From positions 1 to 42,892 of the forward strand of contig JAGGRW010000191.1 of assembly GCA_021159385.1 (NCBI GenBank): 42,892 nt of DNA. Direction: 5' to 3'. This stretch comes from Methanosarcinales archaeon. GTDB lineage: Archaea; Halobacteriota; Methanosarcinia; Methanosarcinales; Methanogasteraceae. Made by a program: the position numbers and the translations under genes. Below are positions 1-10,463 of the stretch, piece after piece (within the stretch, counting starts at the first letter, position 1; every line of letters begins with the position of its first letter). Under the pieces are notes generated by a model. The model was given only the letters and a program-made list of their open reading frames with translations, was not told where the DNA came from and searched no databases.

Positions 1-3000
1 GTTATTTCCATTCGAATTACCCGGGGAGGTTGATTTTGGTATAACACTGCTGCTCAGCCCATAAATGCTGAACCCTGACACATTCGCCCGGACATAACCT
101 GCGTACTCATCCGCATCAGTGGTATTGACACCGACATCGTAGACGACCGGACCGTTAAATCGGGACAGATTAAGCCCCGCTGTGAGTTTTATCCAGTCTC
201 CATTCTCGCCGCTCTTGTTGTACCAGTGCATGCACAGTCCGGACTCATCCAGATCGATCTCTTCATCGATGACATCACCGTCCCCATTTCCATCCAGATC
301 ATTGACTGTGTAGTACACCCGGACCTCTGCCCACGTCACGTTGTTGCTGGTTGTGTTCAAGCCATCGCTCACGTTTATCCGGATGTACTTTCCGAGAGCG
401 CGCTCGCCTGTGCCCAGACCGTACGACGAATTCAGCGGATTTGGTGCGGAATTAAGATCGCTCGCATTCGATACCACCGTCACTGCAACGCTGCCGGAAA
501 CATTCCTGCTTGTTACGAGATTGATCACAGTGTCGGTCTCGTTCATGGCATCGATTGAAAATGAGACGTTCGCGGTGGCGCCCACCTGAACGGTTGTGGT
601 GGCGTTGTTGGGCGTTGTGAAGTTGTGTTCCTCGCTCTCATTCGAGTTTCCAGCCTGATCCGTGCTGTTCACGACAAGGTAGTAGGTCGTGTTCCATTGC
701 AGTCCGGTGAGTTTGATTCTGTGGTCGGTCGTGTCTGTTGTGTCCTGCGCAGTCTCAGTGTACGTCCCTGATCCCGATGTGGTGCCGTACCTGATCAGGC
801 TGTCGCCCGATTCATCGGTGTCCCATGTTATCGTTGCGGAATGAATCGTTTTGTTGATGCGAATTTCGGTTATCACCGGCGGTGTTATGTCCTCCGCCAC
901 AAGATCGATTCCTGCCGATGTGTTGGAATTGCCAGCCGCGTCGGTTACGTTGACTGGCAGGCTGAACGTACCGATCGTGGTCGTATTCGTTGTGAACTGC
1001 CACACCCCGCTGTTATTTGTCATCGCCTGAGACTGTGACCCTCCGATTGCTGTCAGGTTGACTGTGACGCTTGCAATCGCGCTGCTCGCATCGGTAGCGG
1101 TCACATGGAGGATCGCGTTCTCTGTTCCGTCTGCCGCAATCGTTGCGGGGCTCGCGGTTGCAGAGGTTATCGCCGGTGCTATCGTGTCAGTGATGTTAAA
1201 CGACGTCGCCTCTTCGGCGACTGTATTATTATAATGCAGCGTAGCGATTGCTTCGTAATTTCCGAGCGCTGGTGATGCCGTCCAGTCCACTGTCCAGTTG
1301 ACAGATCCACCCACACCTGCGGATTTTGAGGAGAGATTCAGTTCGTCCGCAAGCGTTCTTCCACCTCCGCTCACGTTGTAGATCGCAACTGTGCCATTCA
1401 CATCGGTTGACTCGCTTCTCGCATTCGTGAAGTTGATGCTGAAGGTGATGTTGCTGTTACGCTCGACAGCACCCGGAGTTGCAGTGACAGTGATTGCTCC
1501 GGTCGCGTTGATCATGAGGTTGTATGTCTCGGACGTCTCGGGAACGGTTGCGAGACTCCACGCGTTGATTGCGACCGTCCAGTTTCCGGATTGCGGGTTG
1601 TCAACTGAGATTGCTTCGGGACGATCCTGCGCGGCGGACGATTCAGTCTGATCGCCGTCCGGGTCGAAGAGATACATATCCAGGTCACTACTCGGATTTG
1701 TCCAGTTCAAACTCAGGTTCAGGTTGGCGATTCCGGTCTCGATGTCAAGGGCGTAGTAGACCCAATCCCCTTCAGAAAAATCGTTCGGATAACTCCCGCC
1801 GCTCGCTTCATCGACCGTTCCCTCGATGCTATGGATCGCGGAAGATTCGACCGCCTGCACCACGTTAACCGAAACCGGAATCGTTATGTTTCCTGATCCG
1901 CCGCCAACAGTGATGCTTCCGTTGCAGGCTCCCGGAACGGCAGTTGTCACAGAAATCGTCGCAGCGAATGTTGCGTTCCCGTTTGCAGGGACGATGAGGC
2001 TCGCATCGCTGATTGTGATCCAGTCCCCGGCGTCGCCGCTCGATCGGGTTATGTTGACGGTCACATCGCTATCGTTGCGATTGAATACGGTGAACGTCAT
2101 TGTGTGGTTTCCCTGATGCACATTCCCGACGAACCACTCCGAGCGGTTCACAAGCGTGCCGTTACGAAGCGCGTTGTAGGCGGCTGATACGTTGAGCCTA
2201 CCTGCGCCCCGCTCCAGAATATCGCAATCGACCCAATCAGCGGAGTTCATGAGCGCAATCTCGACCTCTACCGGCGTCAGGTTCGGGTACGCCTGAAGGA
2301 GCAGCGCAGCCGCACCAGCCACGTGAGGGCACGCCATCGATGTGCCGCTCATCGTTGTGTAGTCGCTCCCTGCTCCTTCCCATGACGCACTCGCGGATGT
2401 TATATTGACTCCGGGCGCGGCAAGGTCAATCCCCACTCTCCCGTCGCCTGTGGGTCCTCTTGAACTGAAGTCTGCTATCGCATCGCTGCTATCGGTTGCC
2501 GCAACCGCGATTGCGCCGTACGCAACCGCAGGGCTTCCGATGGTGCACTCGCCGGGTCCGGAGTTTCCGGCGGCAACAACAGCAACACACCCTGAAGCGA
2601 CCGCATTTGAGACAGCCATCCCCAGCGGATCCCTGCCGGTTCCATCCCGCTGCCACGAACCGAAACTCATGCTGAGAACGTCCGCATGATGCTCGACCGA
2701 CCATTCGATCCCTGAAATCACCCATGAGTCGTAACCGACGCCATCCCGATTCATAACCTTCGCATTGAAAAGAGTTGCGTTGTTCGCAACACCGGATACG
2801 TCAGTCGTCGTGTTCCTCTCCCCGGCTGCAATCCCCGCGCAGTGGGTCCCGTGTCCGTACAGGTCATCCGTCGTCGAATCGTCTGTAAAATCATGTTCCA
2901 GAGCAATCCTGCCGCAATCGAGATCCGGGTGAGTGTCATCGATTCCCGTGTCCAGTATTGAGATGTTTACACCGGTCCCGTTGTACCCGATCTCCCAGAG

Positions 3001-3504
3001 CGAGGGCGCGCTGACGATACCATCGCCATAGTCCGCCTCCGACGCCGGAGTTGCAGCTGGCTCTGTGATCGCGATCTTCCGGTCCAGCCAGACCTTCTTC
3101 ACGTCCGGATGGCTGGCAAGACACTCGATCGCACCTGCGGGAACCTTCGCAGACACCACATTGACGATCCAGTGTTGTTTTATCGATTCTGCCGGAATCG
3201 CGCCAAGAGACGCTGTCACTCGCTCCTGTGATTTAATTGCCGGAGTCTTCGCGCTCGTGGAGTCAAACGGTATCCTCTGCCGATCTTTTAGTTCGATCAG
3301 AACCGGGATATTCCCGGCGCAGTTCTCGTCCATCGCAGCCATCAGAAGCGGGTCGATCTTCATGCTCGATTCCTTGCAGATCCCATAGTCCGCCCCCGGT
3401 GGTGGCGCAGTTGCCCCAATTGCCCCAATTTCTGCTGATGCTGCCAACATGAAGAACAGTAGCAGCGTCGAATAGACCAGTCCCCTCTGCTTATGGCACC
3501 TCAC
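1..3504 (-). CDS. Secreted subtilisin-like serine protease (peptidase S8) with a long C-terminal Ig/Fn3-like repeat region; 3' end truncated by the left window edge
   Basis: Absent from the ORF track because it has no stop in the window. My reverse-strand translation is open from GTG at 3504 (alternative ATG at 3451) to base 1 (1168 codons). Signal-like N-terminus LVYSTLLLFFMLAASA. S8 motifs in D-H-S order: DTGIDDTHPDLD (~2950), HGTHCAGIAAG (~2850), GTSMACPHVAGAAALL (~2340). Downstream are NxS/T-rich beta-repeat segments, including an Fn3-like block ITWDTDESGDSLIRYG...YYLVVNSTDQAGN. Confidence 0.85.
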   Translation of the reverse strand, partial: MRCHKQRGLVYSTLLLFFMLAASAEIGAIGATAPPPGADYGICKESSMKIDPLLMAAMDENCAGNIPVLIELKDRQRIPFDSTSAKTPAIKSQERVTASLGAIPAESIKQHWIVNVVSAKVPAGAIECLASHPDVKKVWLDRKIAITEPAATPASEADYGDGIVSAPSLWEIGYNGTGVNISILDTGIDDTHPDLDCGRIALEHDFTDDSTTDDLYGHGTHCAGIAAGERNTTTDVSGVANNATLFNAKVMNRDGVGYDSWVISGIEWSVEHHADVLSMSFGSWQRDGTGRDPLGMAVSNAVASGCVAVVAAGNSGPGECTIGSPAVAYGAIAVAATDSSDAIADFSSRGPTGDGRVGIDLAAPGVNITSASASWEGAGSDYTTMSGTSMACPHVAGAAALLLQAYPNLTPVEVEIALMNSADWVDCDILERGAGRLNVSAAYNALRNGTLVNRSEWFVGNVHQGNHTMTFTVFNRNDSDVTVNITRSSGDAGDWITISDASLIVPANGNATFAATISVTTAVPGACNGSITVGGGSGNITIPVSVNVVQAVESSAIHSIEGTVDEASGGSYPNDFSEGDWVYYALDIETGIANLNLSLNWTNPSSDLDMYLFDPDGDQTESSAAQDRPEAISVDNPQSGNWTVAINAWSLATVPETSETYNLMINATGAITVTATPGAVERNSNITFSINFTNARSESTDVNGTVAIYNVSGGGRTLADELNLSSKSAGVGGSVNWTVDWTASPALGNYEAIATLHYNNTVAEEATSFNITDTIAPAITSATASPATIAADGTENAILHVTATDASSAIASVTVNLTAIGGSQSQAMTNNSGVWQFTTNTTTIGTFSLPVNVTDAAGNSNTSAGIDLVAEDITPPVITEIRINKTIHSATITWDTDESGDSLIRYGTTSGSGTYTETAQDTTDTTDHRIKLTGLQWNTTYYLVVNSTDQAGNSNESEEHNFTTPNNATTTVQVGATANVSFSIDAMNETDTVINLVTSRNVSGSVAVTVVSNASDLNSAPNPLNSSYGLGTGERALGKYIRINVSDGLNTTSNNVTWAEVRVYYTVNDLDGNGDGDVIDEEIDLDESGLCMHWYNKSGENGDWIKLTAGLNLSRFNGPVVYDVGVNTTDADEYAGYVRANVSGFSIYGLSSSVIPKSTSPGNSNGNN

Positions 3505-3610
3505 AGAGAGATAATTCGGTGCGACCGCACATAATACTTTTGCAGGGTAACTACTCAGGTATGTTGATTGATCGCCCGATTGCGATTCTGTACTTTCTGG
3601 CAAGAAAAAT

Positions 3611-3688
3611 AACCGCGGAGGGCGCAGAGGTACGCAGAGTATTTAACCGTTTATTTCCCCTCCGCGTCCCTCTGCGCACTCTGCGGTT
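3611..3688. repeat. Imperfect 30-nt inverted repeat (25/30 complementary) with an 18-nt AT-rich spacer, in the divergent protease/serB intergenic region
   Basis: Arm 3611-3640 is aaccgcggagggcgcagaggtacgcagagt. The reverse complement of 3659-3688 is aaccgcagagtgcgcagagggacgcggagg. A partial third copy, cctctctgcgcctttgcgttaa, lies at 3849-3870. Confidence 0.6.
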
Positions 3689-4034
3689 AAATTCCCTGTT
3701 TGGCTCATGTTATGTTCCGGGTCAAGCAGTGCCGATATAGCGAAGTCGCATGATCGTGTTTTAGGTACCTCGGGTAGTTATTTTGCAGGTATCTGGCGTT
3801 TTCTGTGGTCGCCAACGGTCGCCCTCATATATGTAGAAATCGCGGGCACCTCTCTGCGCCTTTGCGTTAAGAGGAATGCCAGGACGAGAAAAGTACAAAG
3901 ACGCGCAAAACTACCCCCTTCGGCATCTTTTAAAAAACCACAGAAGTAATCAGAATCAGGACGTTTGATTGCGGGAGGCTGATCCACGCCCATCAAGATT
4001 TAAGTACCATTACCGACAACCCGATTGTAACGCA

Positions 4035-4673
4035 ATGATGATGATTGTTTTTGACATGGACAGCACGCTGATCGACGCTGAGACCATCGACGAACTCGCG
4101 GCAGCGGCTGGCGTTGGTGAGAGAGTTTCTGAGATTACAGAGCGTGCCATGAACGGAGAACTCGACTATGGCGAGGCTCTCCGCGAGCGTGTCAGTCTCC
4201 TGAAAGGACTCTCAACCGAGCGTGCAAACGCGACTGCGGATAGCCTCCCGCTGATGCCGGGTGCAAAGGAGCTGGTGGACGCTGCAAAGCACATGGGATG
4301 CCAAACCGCCATGATTACGTGCGGTTTCATGATCGCTGCACGGCGCATCGGCGACCTGCTTGGCATAGACTATGTGATCGCAAACGACCTTGCTACGGAT
4401 AATGGAACGCTCACCGGAGAGGTCACAGGCAAGCTCACTGAGTGCGACTCGAAAGCCCACATGTTCGAAGACCTCACTCGCAGGTGCGGAATCGATCCGC
4501 AGGAGTGCATAGCAGTAGGCGATGGCGCAAACGACATCTACCTCTTCAAGAACGCCGGGTATTCAATTGCGTTCAACGCGAAGCCTGTTCTGAAAGAATA
4601 TGCAGATGCATCGGTCAATCAAAAAGACTTAAGAGCGATCATCCCAATCATTAGAGCGTATATGAGAGATTGA
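4035..4673 (+). CDS. serB: Phosphoserine phosphatase (HAD superfamily, SerB type)
   Basis: ORF 3969..4673; the likely true start is ATG 4035 (MMMIVFDMDSTLID). HAD motif I DxDxT (FDMDSTL), SerB-typical NGELDYGEALRERVSLLKGL and GDGANDIYLFKNAGYSIAFNAKP. Confidence 0.9.
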   Translation: MMMIVFDMDSTLIDAETIDELAAAAGVGERVSEITERAMNGELDYGEALRERVSLLKGLSTERANATADSLPLMPGAKELVDAAKHMGCQTAMITCGFMIAARRIGDLLGIDYVIANDLATDNGTLTGEVTGKLTECDSKAHMFEDLTRRCGIDPQECIAVGDGANDIYLFKNAGYSIAFNAKPVLKEYADASVNQKDLRAIIPIIRAYMRD

Positions 4674-4747
4674 CAGAATGCGAAAATCGCAGGCGAACAC
4701 CGTATCCGTTGATCAGCAACATGCTGGAAAAGGAGGATACCAAGTAA

Positions 4748-5605
4748 ATGTTGAAGGAACTGCAGGAAAAAAAAGCGATACTTAAGAATGAACTTGAAGA
4801 ATTTCGAAAGAAACGCAATGAACTGAATACCGAAGCAAGCAAATGGTCTGCGCAGCGGAACGAACTGAACCGGACGTCACGGACGCTTCTGGATAAGGCG
4901 CAGTATTACAAGCAGGAACGAGATAAACATAACAGAAATGTTAGCGAGTCAAAGGCGAATAGGGACAAGTGTAACAAAAAAATCAACGCGATCGATGCAA
5001 CGATCGACAGGATCAAGAAGAGCTGTAATCTGTCCGGACCATCGGTGAGTGAACTCAAAAAGGAGATTGAAAGCCTTGAATTCAGGCAGCAGACTCATGT
5101 GATGTCCCCGGATAAAGAGAGAGAACTCGTAACAACGATTGCTTCGCTCATCAATGAATACAAGGCAAAGATGGCAGAGATCGAGAGGAATGTGGAACTC
5201 AAATTGGCGTATGAAGAGCTGGAAGATCTGCGCAATGAGGCAGCCCTCTGTCATGAAAAAGTTACGGAATATGCAGATAAGGCGCAGGAATTCCATGACC
5301 TGATGATCAAAGTCTTCAAGGAAGGAGATAGCATCAGAATTAAGTCGGATCGCGTTCATAGAAAATTTGTAAAGATTCAGGATGAAGCGGATCGTTATCA
5401 CCAGCAGTTCATCAAGACCCAGAAGGAGATCAGAGAACTGGATAAGACGATTCACAGCATCACGAAGCGAGGTAGGGAGGATCGGAGGAAAGTAGAACGG
5501 CTGAAGATCAGAAAGGAAGCAGAGGTCGTGTACACACAGTTCAGGCAGGGAGAGAAGATCAGCACAGAGGATCTGATGTTACTTCAGCGGTCTGATCTCC
5601 TGTAA
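4748..5605 (+). CDS. Archaeal coiled-coil protein (COG1340-like), function unknown
   Basis: 285-aa ORF rich in K/E/R heptad-like sequence throughout (LKELQEKKAILKNELEEFRKKRNELN...), with no enzymatic motifs. The family assignment is from memory. Confidence 0.6.
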   Translation: MLKELQEKKAILKNELEEFRKKRNELNTEASKWSAQRNELNRTSRTLLDKAQYYKQERDKHNRNVSESKANRDKCNKKINAIDATIDRIKKSCNLSGPSVSELKKEIESLEFRQQTHVMSPDKERELVTTIASLINEYKAKMAEIERNVELKLAYEELEDLRNEAALCHEKVTEYADKAQEFHDLMIKVFKEGDSIRIKSDRVHRKFVKIQDEADRYHQQFIKTQKEIRELDKTIHSITKRGREDRRKVERLKIRKEAEVVYTQFRQGEKISTEDLMLLQRSDLL

Positions 5606-5713
5606 CCCGTAACCTGCAACGTCCGGGTTTCCCCTTATGTAGATGTAGTATGCATCTGCACTTCCGCAATCTACTACCGCCCCGCCAAAAAGCGGGGTTG
5701 GGAAATACAACTC

Positions 5714-6856
5714 ATGAAGACACTCATACTGTGTCTGGATCGAGATGACGATCTCGGGCGAAAGGCAGGCGTCGCAAGTCCGGTCATCGGTAGATCTGCA
5801 AACATCGAAGCTGCAACGAAGCTTGCGATAGCAGATCCTGCAGATTCGGACGTTAATACGATCTTCGGCGGGATCGAGGAGTATGACCGGCTAACAGGGC
5901 TGGGAATCGACGCCGAGATTGTGAGCATGGCAGGAGACCGCGACGTTGGTGTTGTGTCTGACAACAAGATTGCTTCGCAGATGGACGACCTCATGAGCGA
6001 GTATGCGTTCGACAACGCGACCCTTGTATCGGATGGCGCAGAGGACGAGTCTGTGCTTCCGATCATCCAGTCCAGACTCGCGGTCAACTCGGTAAAAAGG
6101 ATACGAGTCAAGCAGAGCGAGAGCATAGAGGGCACGTACTATCTCCTGAAAGAGTTTCTCAGTGATCCGAAGGTTCGGGGTGCGCTATTCATCCCTATCG
6201 GGCTTGCTTGCATCGCTTATGCGGCGTCCTCCCTTGTGGGCAGACCCGAACTTGCGGTCGCAGCCATAATTGGCTCAGTCGGGGCATATCTGCTGTACAG
6301 TGGTTATGGAGTAGGAGAGTCGATAGAACGGCACCGCGAGAGCGCAACCGAGTCCCTGTACCGCGGCAAGATCGGCTTCGTCACGTATCTCGCAGCGATC
6401 CTGATCGGGGTCATCGCCACAGTCCAGGGCGCAAACGCCTGCTGGGAAGGGCTCACCAGCGAGATCTTCCCGGGATATCTCCTGCTATCGATGATCTTCG
6501 TGCAGGCGTCGGTCTGGTGGTATGTTGCTGCCGGAGTCTCACTCGGCTTCGGAAAGATCGTTGATCTGCACCTCGATAGACGGGTCATCGGGCGGGTGTG
6601 GGCGTTTCCGTTCTCGGTTGTTGCCATCGGACTTCTGCTGTGGGGTGCAAGTGCGTACATTCTCGCAGCCACTGGCGAGTATGCCGGGTACGGCATCCAG
6701 CACCTCGCATTGTCGATCGGCGGCGCTATCGTGATCGCGCTCACCGGAATCTATGTTTCGACGAGAGACACGAGAGGTACGGGAGCTGTGAGGGGCACGA
6801 GAGATGACAGAAATCAGGAAGGGGAGATGCAACATGTTGATACTCATAATTCTTGA
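5714..6856 (+). CDS. DUF373-family archaeal membrane protein
   Basis: 380-aa ORF. Soluble N-domain with [24 protein letters not shown]...[13 protein letters not shown], followed by about 6 hydrophobic helices. Overlaps gpmI by 23 nt. Confidence 0.65.
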   Translation: MKTLILCLDRDDDLGRKAGVASPVIGRSANIEAATKLAIADPADSDVNTIFGGIEEYDRLTGLGIDAEIVSMAGDRDVGVVSDNKIASQMDDLMSEYAFDNATLVSDGAEDESVLPIIQSRLAVNSVKRIRVKQSESIEGTYYLLKEFLSDPKVRGALFIPIGLACIAYAASSLVGRPELAVAAIIGSVGAYLLYSGYGVGESIERHRESATESLYRGKIGFVTYLAAILIGVIATVQGANACWEGLTSEIFPGYLLLSMIFVQASVWWYVAAGVSLGFGKIVDLHLDRRVIGRVWAFPFSVVAIGLLLWGASAYILAATGEYAGYGIQHLALSIGGAIVIALTGIYVSTRDTRGTGAVRGTRDDRNQEGEMQHVDTHNS

Positions 6857-8336
6857 CGGGTTCGGGCTGAGCGAATCCGACAGCGGCAATGCAATCGCAC
6901 ACGCAAACACACCAAACCTCGACCGCCTGCGCGAACGTTATCCGACATGCACGCTCTCTGCGTCAGGGGAGGCTGTCGGGCTTCCCGATGGGCAGATGGG
7001 AAACTCTGAAGTGGGGCACCTGAATATTGGTGCCGGACGTGTCGTGTACCAGGATTTAACCCGCATAAGTAAGGCGATATCCGACAAAACGTTCTTCGAG
7101 AATCCGGTTATCCTGAAAGCGGTCGAACATGCGAAGACGCACGATTCGTGCCTGCATCTGATGGGTCTCGTCTCGGACGGCGGCGTGCACAGCCATCTCT
7201 CGCACCTTCTCGCCTTAATGAGGCTCGCGTCAGAGAAGAACGTTCGCGCGCAGGTTCATGCGTTTCTTGACGGCAGGGATGTGCCGCCGAGAAGCGCGCT
7301 CGAATACATAAATGCGGTCGACGGATACGAGGGATGCCGGATTGGCACAGTTTCCGGGAGATACTACGCAATGGACCGTGATAACCGCTGGGAGCGGGTG
7401 GAGAAGGCATATCGCGCCCTTGTCGCAGGAGAAGGCGAATCCGCGGTGAGCGCAGAGGACGCCGTTCTGAAGGCGTACGAGCGCGGCGAGGACGACGAGT
7501 TCGTGCTGCCAACAGCAATCGAGGGCTCAGCTCCGATCGCTGACCGCGACTCGATCATCTTCTTCAACTTCAGGCCCGACCGCGCCCGCCAGATCACACG
7601 CGCGTTCGTGGATTCGGATTTCGATCATTTCAAGCGCAGGAAGCTCTCCAACCTCTATTTTGCGTGCATGACCGAATACGACGCGACGATCGACGCGGAT
7701 GTTGCATACCCGCATGAGAAGATCAAAAACACGCTCGGAGAGGTTCTGTCGAGAGCGGGTTTGCGGCAACTGCGCATCGCAGAGACCGAGAAGTATGCGC
7801 ATGTCACGTTCTTCTTCAATGGCGGCGTCGAGGCACCGAACCCGGGCGAGGATCGCTGCCTGATACCGTCTCCGAAGGTTGCAACGTACGATCTGTTGCC
7901 TGAGATGAGTGCTTACGAGGTTACCGATGCTCTTCTCGAACGGATCGGGTCGTACGACGTTGTGATCCTGAATTATGCGAACTGCGACATGGTCGGGCAC
8001 ACCGGCATATTCGAGGCTGCCGTGACCGCTGTGGAGACGGTTGACAGTTGCGTCGGCAGGGTTGAGGGCGCAGTCCGGAAGATTCACGGGTCTGCGATCA
8101 TTATTGCGGATCACGGCAACGCTGAAGTGATGGCAGAGGAAGACGGGACCCCCCACACCGCACACACCACGAACCCGGTTCCGCTGATACTTGTTTCGGA
8201 GGAGGTGGGGTCGGGAGTGGGCGTCCGGGACGGAAAACTTGCTGATGTTGCGCCAACGATTCTTGAGCTGCTCGGGATCCCGAAACCCGCGGAGATGACA
8301 GGGGAGTCGGTTATAGTGTCGGGACGTTCGGGATAG
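6834..8336 (+). CDS. gpmI: 2,3-bisphosphoglycerate-independent phosphoglycerate mutase (iPGM)
   Basis: ORF 6804..8336; the likely start is ATG 6834 ([11 protein letters not shown]). Phosphoserine motif [23 protein letters not shown], and C-terminal metal-site ADHGNAE. Confidence 0.9.
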   Translation: MLILIILDGFGLSESDSGNAIAHANTPNLDRLRERYPTCTLSASGEAVGLPDGQMGNSEVGHLNIGAGRVVYQDLTRISKAISDKTFFENPVILKAVEHAKTHDSCLHLMGLVSDGGVHSHLSHLLALMRLASEKNVRAQVHAFLDGRDVPPRSALEYINAVDGYEGCRIGTVSGRYYAMDRDNRWERVEKAYRALVAGEGESAVSAEDAVLKAYERGEDDEFVLPTAIEGSAPIADRDSIIFFNFRPDRARQITRAFVDSDFDHFKRRKLSNLYFACMTEYDATIDADVAYPHEKIKNTLGEVLSRAGLRQLRIAETEKYAHVTFFFNGGVEAPNPGEDRCLIPSPKVATYDLLPEMSAYEVTDALLERIGSYDVVILNYANCDMVGHTGIFEAAVTAVETVDSCVGRVEGAVRKIHGSAIIIADHGNAEVMAEEDGTPHTAHTTNPVPLILVSEEVGSGVGVRDGKLADVAPTILELLGIPKPAEMTGESVIVSGRSG

Positions 8337-8438
8337 GGGGTTTGACGTATGGCGCGCCAGTGGATAACTGAATCAAACCACAACACCATATACGCAGCCG
8401 GGCAAAGCAACGTCGAGTTTGAAAAGAATACGATCGAC

Positions 8439-10463
8439 ATGGATCCTGCATATCATGCGCTACAAAAATATTTCGGTTACACCACATTCCTACCACTCCA
8501 AAAGGATATTATCCAGGATATCCTGCTGAAAAAAGATGTTTTTGTCCTGATGCCAACGGGTGGCGGCAAATCTCTGTGTTATCAATTGCCAGCCCTTCTC
8601 CTCGATGGCGTAACGATTGTTGTGTCTCCGCTCATCGCTTTGATGAAGGATCAGGTTGACGCTTTGAAGGCGAATGGGATCGCCGCAGCCCATATCAATA
8701 GCTCTCTTAGTTATGATGAGATGCAAAATGTAAAATTGGACCTTGCAGAGCATATAGTCAGTATTCTGTACGTGGCTCCGGAAAGACTAATGGTTCCCGA
8801 CTTCTTATCGGCTTTGAAGCGTTTGAATGTCAGTTTGATCGCTATTGACGAAGCCCACTGCATATCAGAATGGGGGCATGATTTCAGACCCGGATACCGT
8901 CAGTTGGAAGTGCTCAAAGAACATTTTCCAAAAGTTCCTCTGGTTGCGCTGACCGCAACCGCCACATCACGAGTGCAGGAGGATATCACAACACAGCTAA
9001 AACTGTCCGATCCAAAGACATATAAGGCGAGTTTTAACCGAAAAAATCTATTTTATCAGGTTAAACCAAAAGACAATGCATACGATCAGTTACTTCAGTA
9101 TCTAAAGGGTCATAAAAATGATTCGGGGATCATTTATTGTTTCAGTCGTAAATCTGCCGATGATCTGGCAAACAAACTTAAAAAAGAGGGTCATCGTGCT
9201 TTGCCTTATCACGCAGGGTTAAAATCCGATTTAAGGGCTGAAACGCAGGATAAATTCATTAAAGACGATGTTGAGATAATTGTGGCGACAGTAGCGTTTG
9301 GGATGGGGATAGACAAATCCAATGTCCGTTTCGTGATCCATTACGATCTGCCGAAGAACCTTGAAACGTATTATCAGGAGACTGGAAGGGCTGGAAGAGA
9401 CGGAGAAGACAGTGATTGCATCATCTTCTTCAGTCGTTCCGATATGGGAAAAATATCGTATTTTATCGAGCAAAAAGAGGATGAAACAGAAAAACAGATC
9501 GCGTATAAGAAATTACGTGATATGGTTTCTTTCTGTGAGACTGGAACCTGCCGCAGGAAAGTTTTGTTGGAATATTTCGGCGAAATGTATGATGAAGTGA
9601 ATTGCGGCAATTGTGATAACTGCCTGGATCCAAAAGAGACGATCGATGGAACAATCATCGCTCAAAAGATCGTGTCGTGTGTTTCCCAGATAGGCGAAAG
9701 ATTTGGAATAAATTATATAGCTGATATTTTGTGCGGTTCGAGGATTCAAAAGATAATCCGCAACCGGCACAATATTGTAGCCGCTCATGGTGATGGGAAG
9801 GAATACTCAAAGAAGCAGTGGCAGGCTTTTACAAAGGAACTCGTTCGACTTGGTTACCTGAAGTCGGAAGGTGACAGGTACCCGATCATAAAACTGACAC
9901 CGGATGGTTGTGATATTTTATCCGGGGCTAAAGGGGTTTTGTTGACAAAACCGGAAGAAGAAGTTAAGATATTGCAAAAGGATGTTGATGGTAGTTTCGA
10001 TCACGACTTATTTGAAATTTTAAGGAGTTTGAGAAAGAAACTTGCCGATGATGCCAGTATGCCGCCGTACATCATTTTCCATGACTCAAGTTTGATAGAG
10101 ATGGCGACATATTTCCCGCGAAATCGATCAGACTTTCGGACGATTGTAGGTGTCGGTGAAAGCAAGTTGGAGACATACGGGGAACTGTTTTTAAATGAAA
10201 TAATTAGTTACTGTGAGAAACGCGAACATGCGCCACCTTTTCCCATCGAAGAAGAGGCGTATTCTGATAAATCCGGAGCATACTCGGTAAAGAAGATTCA
10301 AGAAACCCATCCGCGAGCGTATGAGCCGTGGACAGAGGACGAAGATGAAATGTTAACCGCTGACTACAAAGCTGGCAAAACCATCGAAGAGCTTATGGGA
10401 CTATTCGGGCGGCAAAGGGGCGGCATCAAGTCGAGATTAATGAAATTGGGGCTGCTTTCATAG
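8439..10463 (+). CDS. recQ: ATP-dependent DNA helicase RecQ with HRDC region and an extra C-terminal HTH-like tail
   Basis: ORF 8349..10463; the conserved core starts near ATG 8439 (MDPAYHALQKYFGY). Walker A MPTGGGKSLCYQLPA, DEAH box AIDEAHCISEWGHDFRP, Zn motif CRRKVLLEYFGE...CGNCDNC. Tail is EPWTEDEDEMLTADYKAGKTIEELMGLFGRQRGGIKSRL. Visibly AT-richer than its flanks (hand count 21/60 GC at 9001-9060). Confidence 0.9.
   Translation: MDPAYHALQKYFGYTTFLPLQKDIIQDILLKKDVFVLMPTGGGKSLCYQLPALLLDGVTIVVSPLIALMKDQVDALKANGIAAAHINSSLSYDEMQNVKLDLAEHIVSILYVAPERLMVPDFLSALKRLNVSLIAIDEAHCISEWGHDFRPGYRQLEVLKEHFPKVPLVALTATATSRVQEDITTQLKLSDPKTYKASFNRKNLFYQVKPKDNAYDQLLQYLKGHKNDSGIIYCFSRKSADDLANKLKKEGHRALPYHAGLKSDLRAETQDKFIKDDVEIIVATVAFGMGIDKSNVRFVIHYDLPKNLETYYQETGRAGRDGEDSDCIIFFSRSDMGKISYFIEQKEDETEKQIAYKKLRDMVSFCETGTCRRKVLLEYFGEMYDEVNCGNCDNCLDPKETIDGTIIAQKIVSCVSQIGERFGINYIADILCGSRIQKIIRNRHNIVAAHGDGKEYSKKQWQAFTKELVRLGYLKSEGDRYPIIKLTPDGCDILSGAKGVLLTKPEEEVKILQKDVDGSFDHDLFEILRSLRKKLADDASMPPYIIFHDSSLIEMATYFPRNRSDFRTIVGVGESKLETYGELFLNEIISYCEKREHAPPFPIEEEAYSDKSGAYSVKKIQETHPRAYEPWTEDEDEMLTADYKAGKTIEELMGLFGRQRGGIKSRLMKLGLLS

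Noticed and set aside
5680-5697. Hairpin ccccgc-caaaaa-gcgggg between the coiled-coil gene and the DUF373 gene
   Set aside because: It has only a 6-bp stem and no following oligo-T tract. It is too short to call a terminator or regulatory element without expression data.
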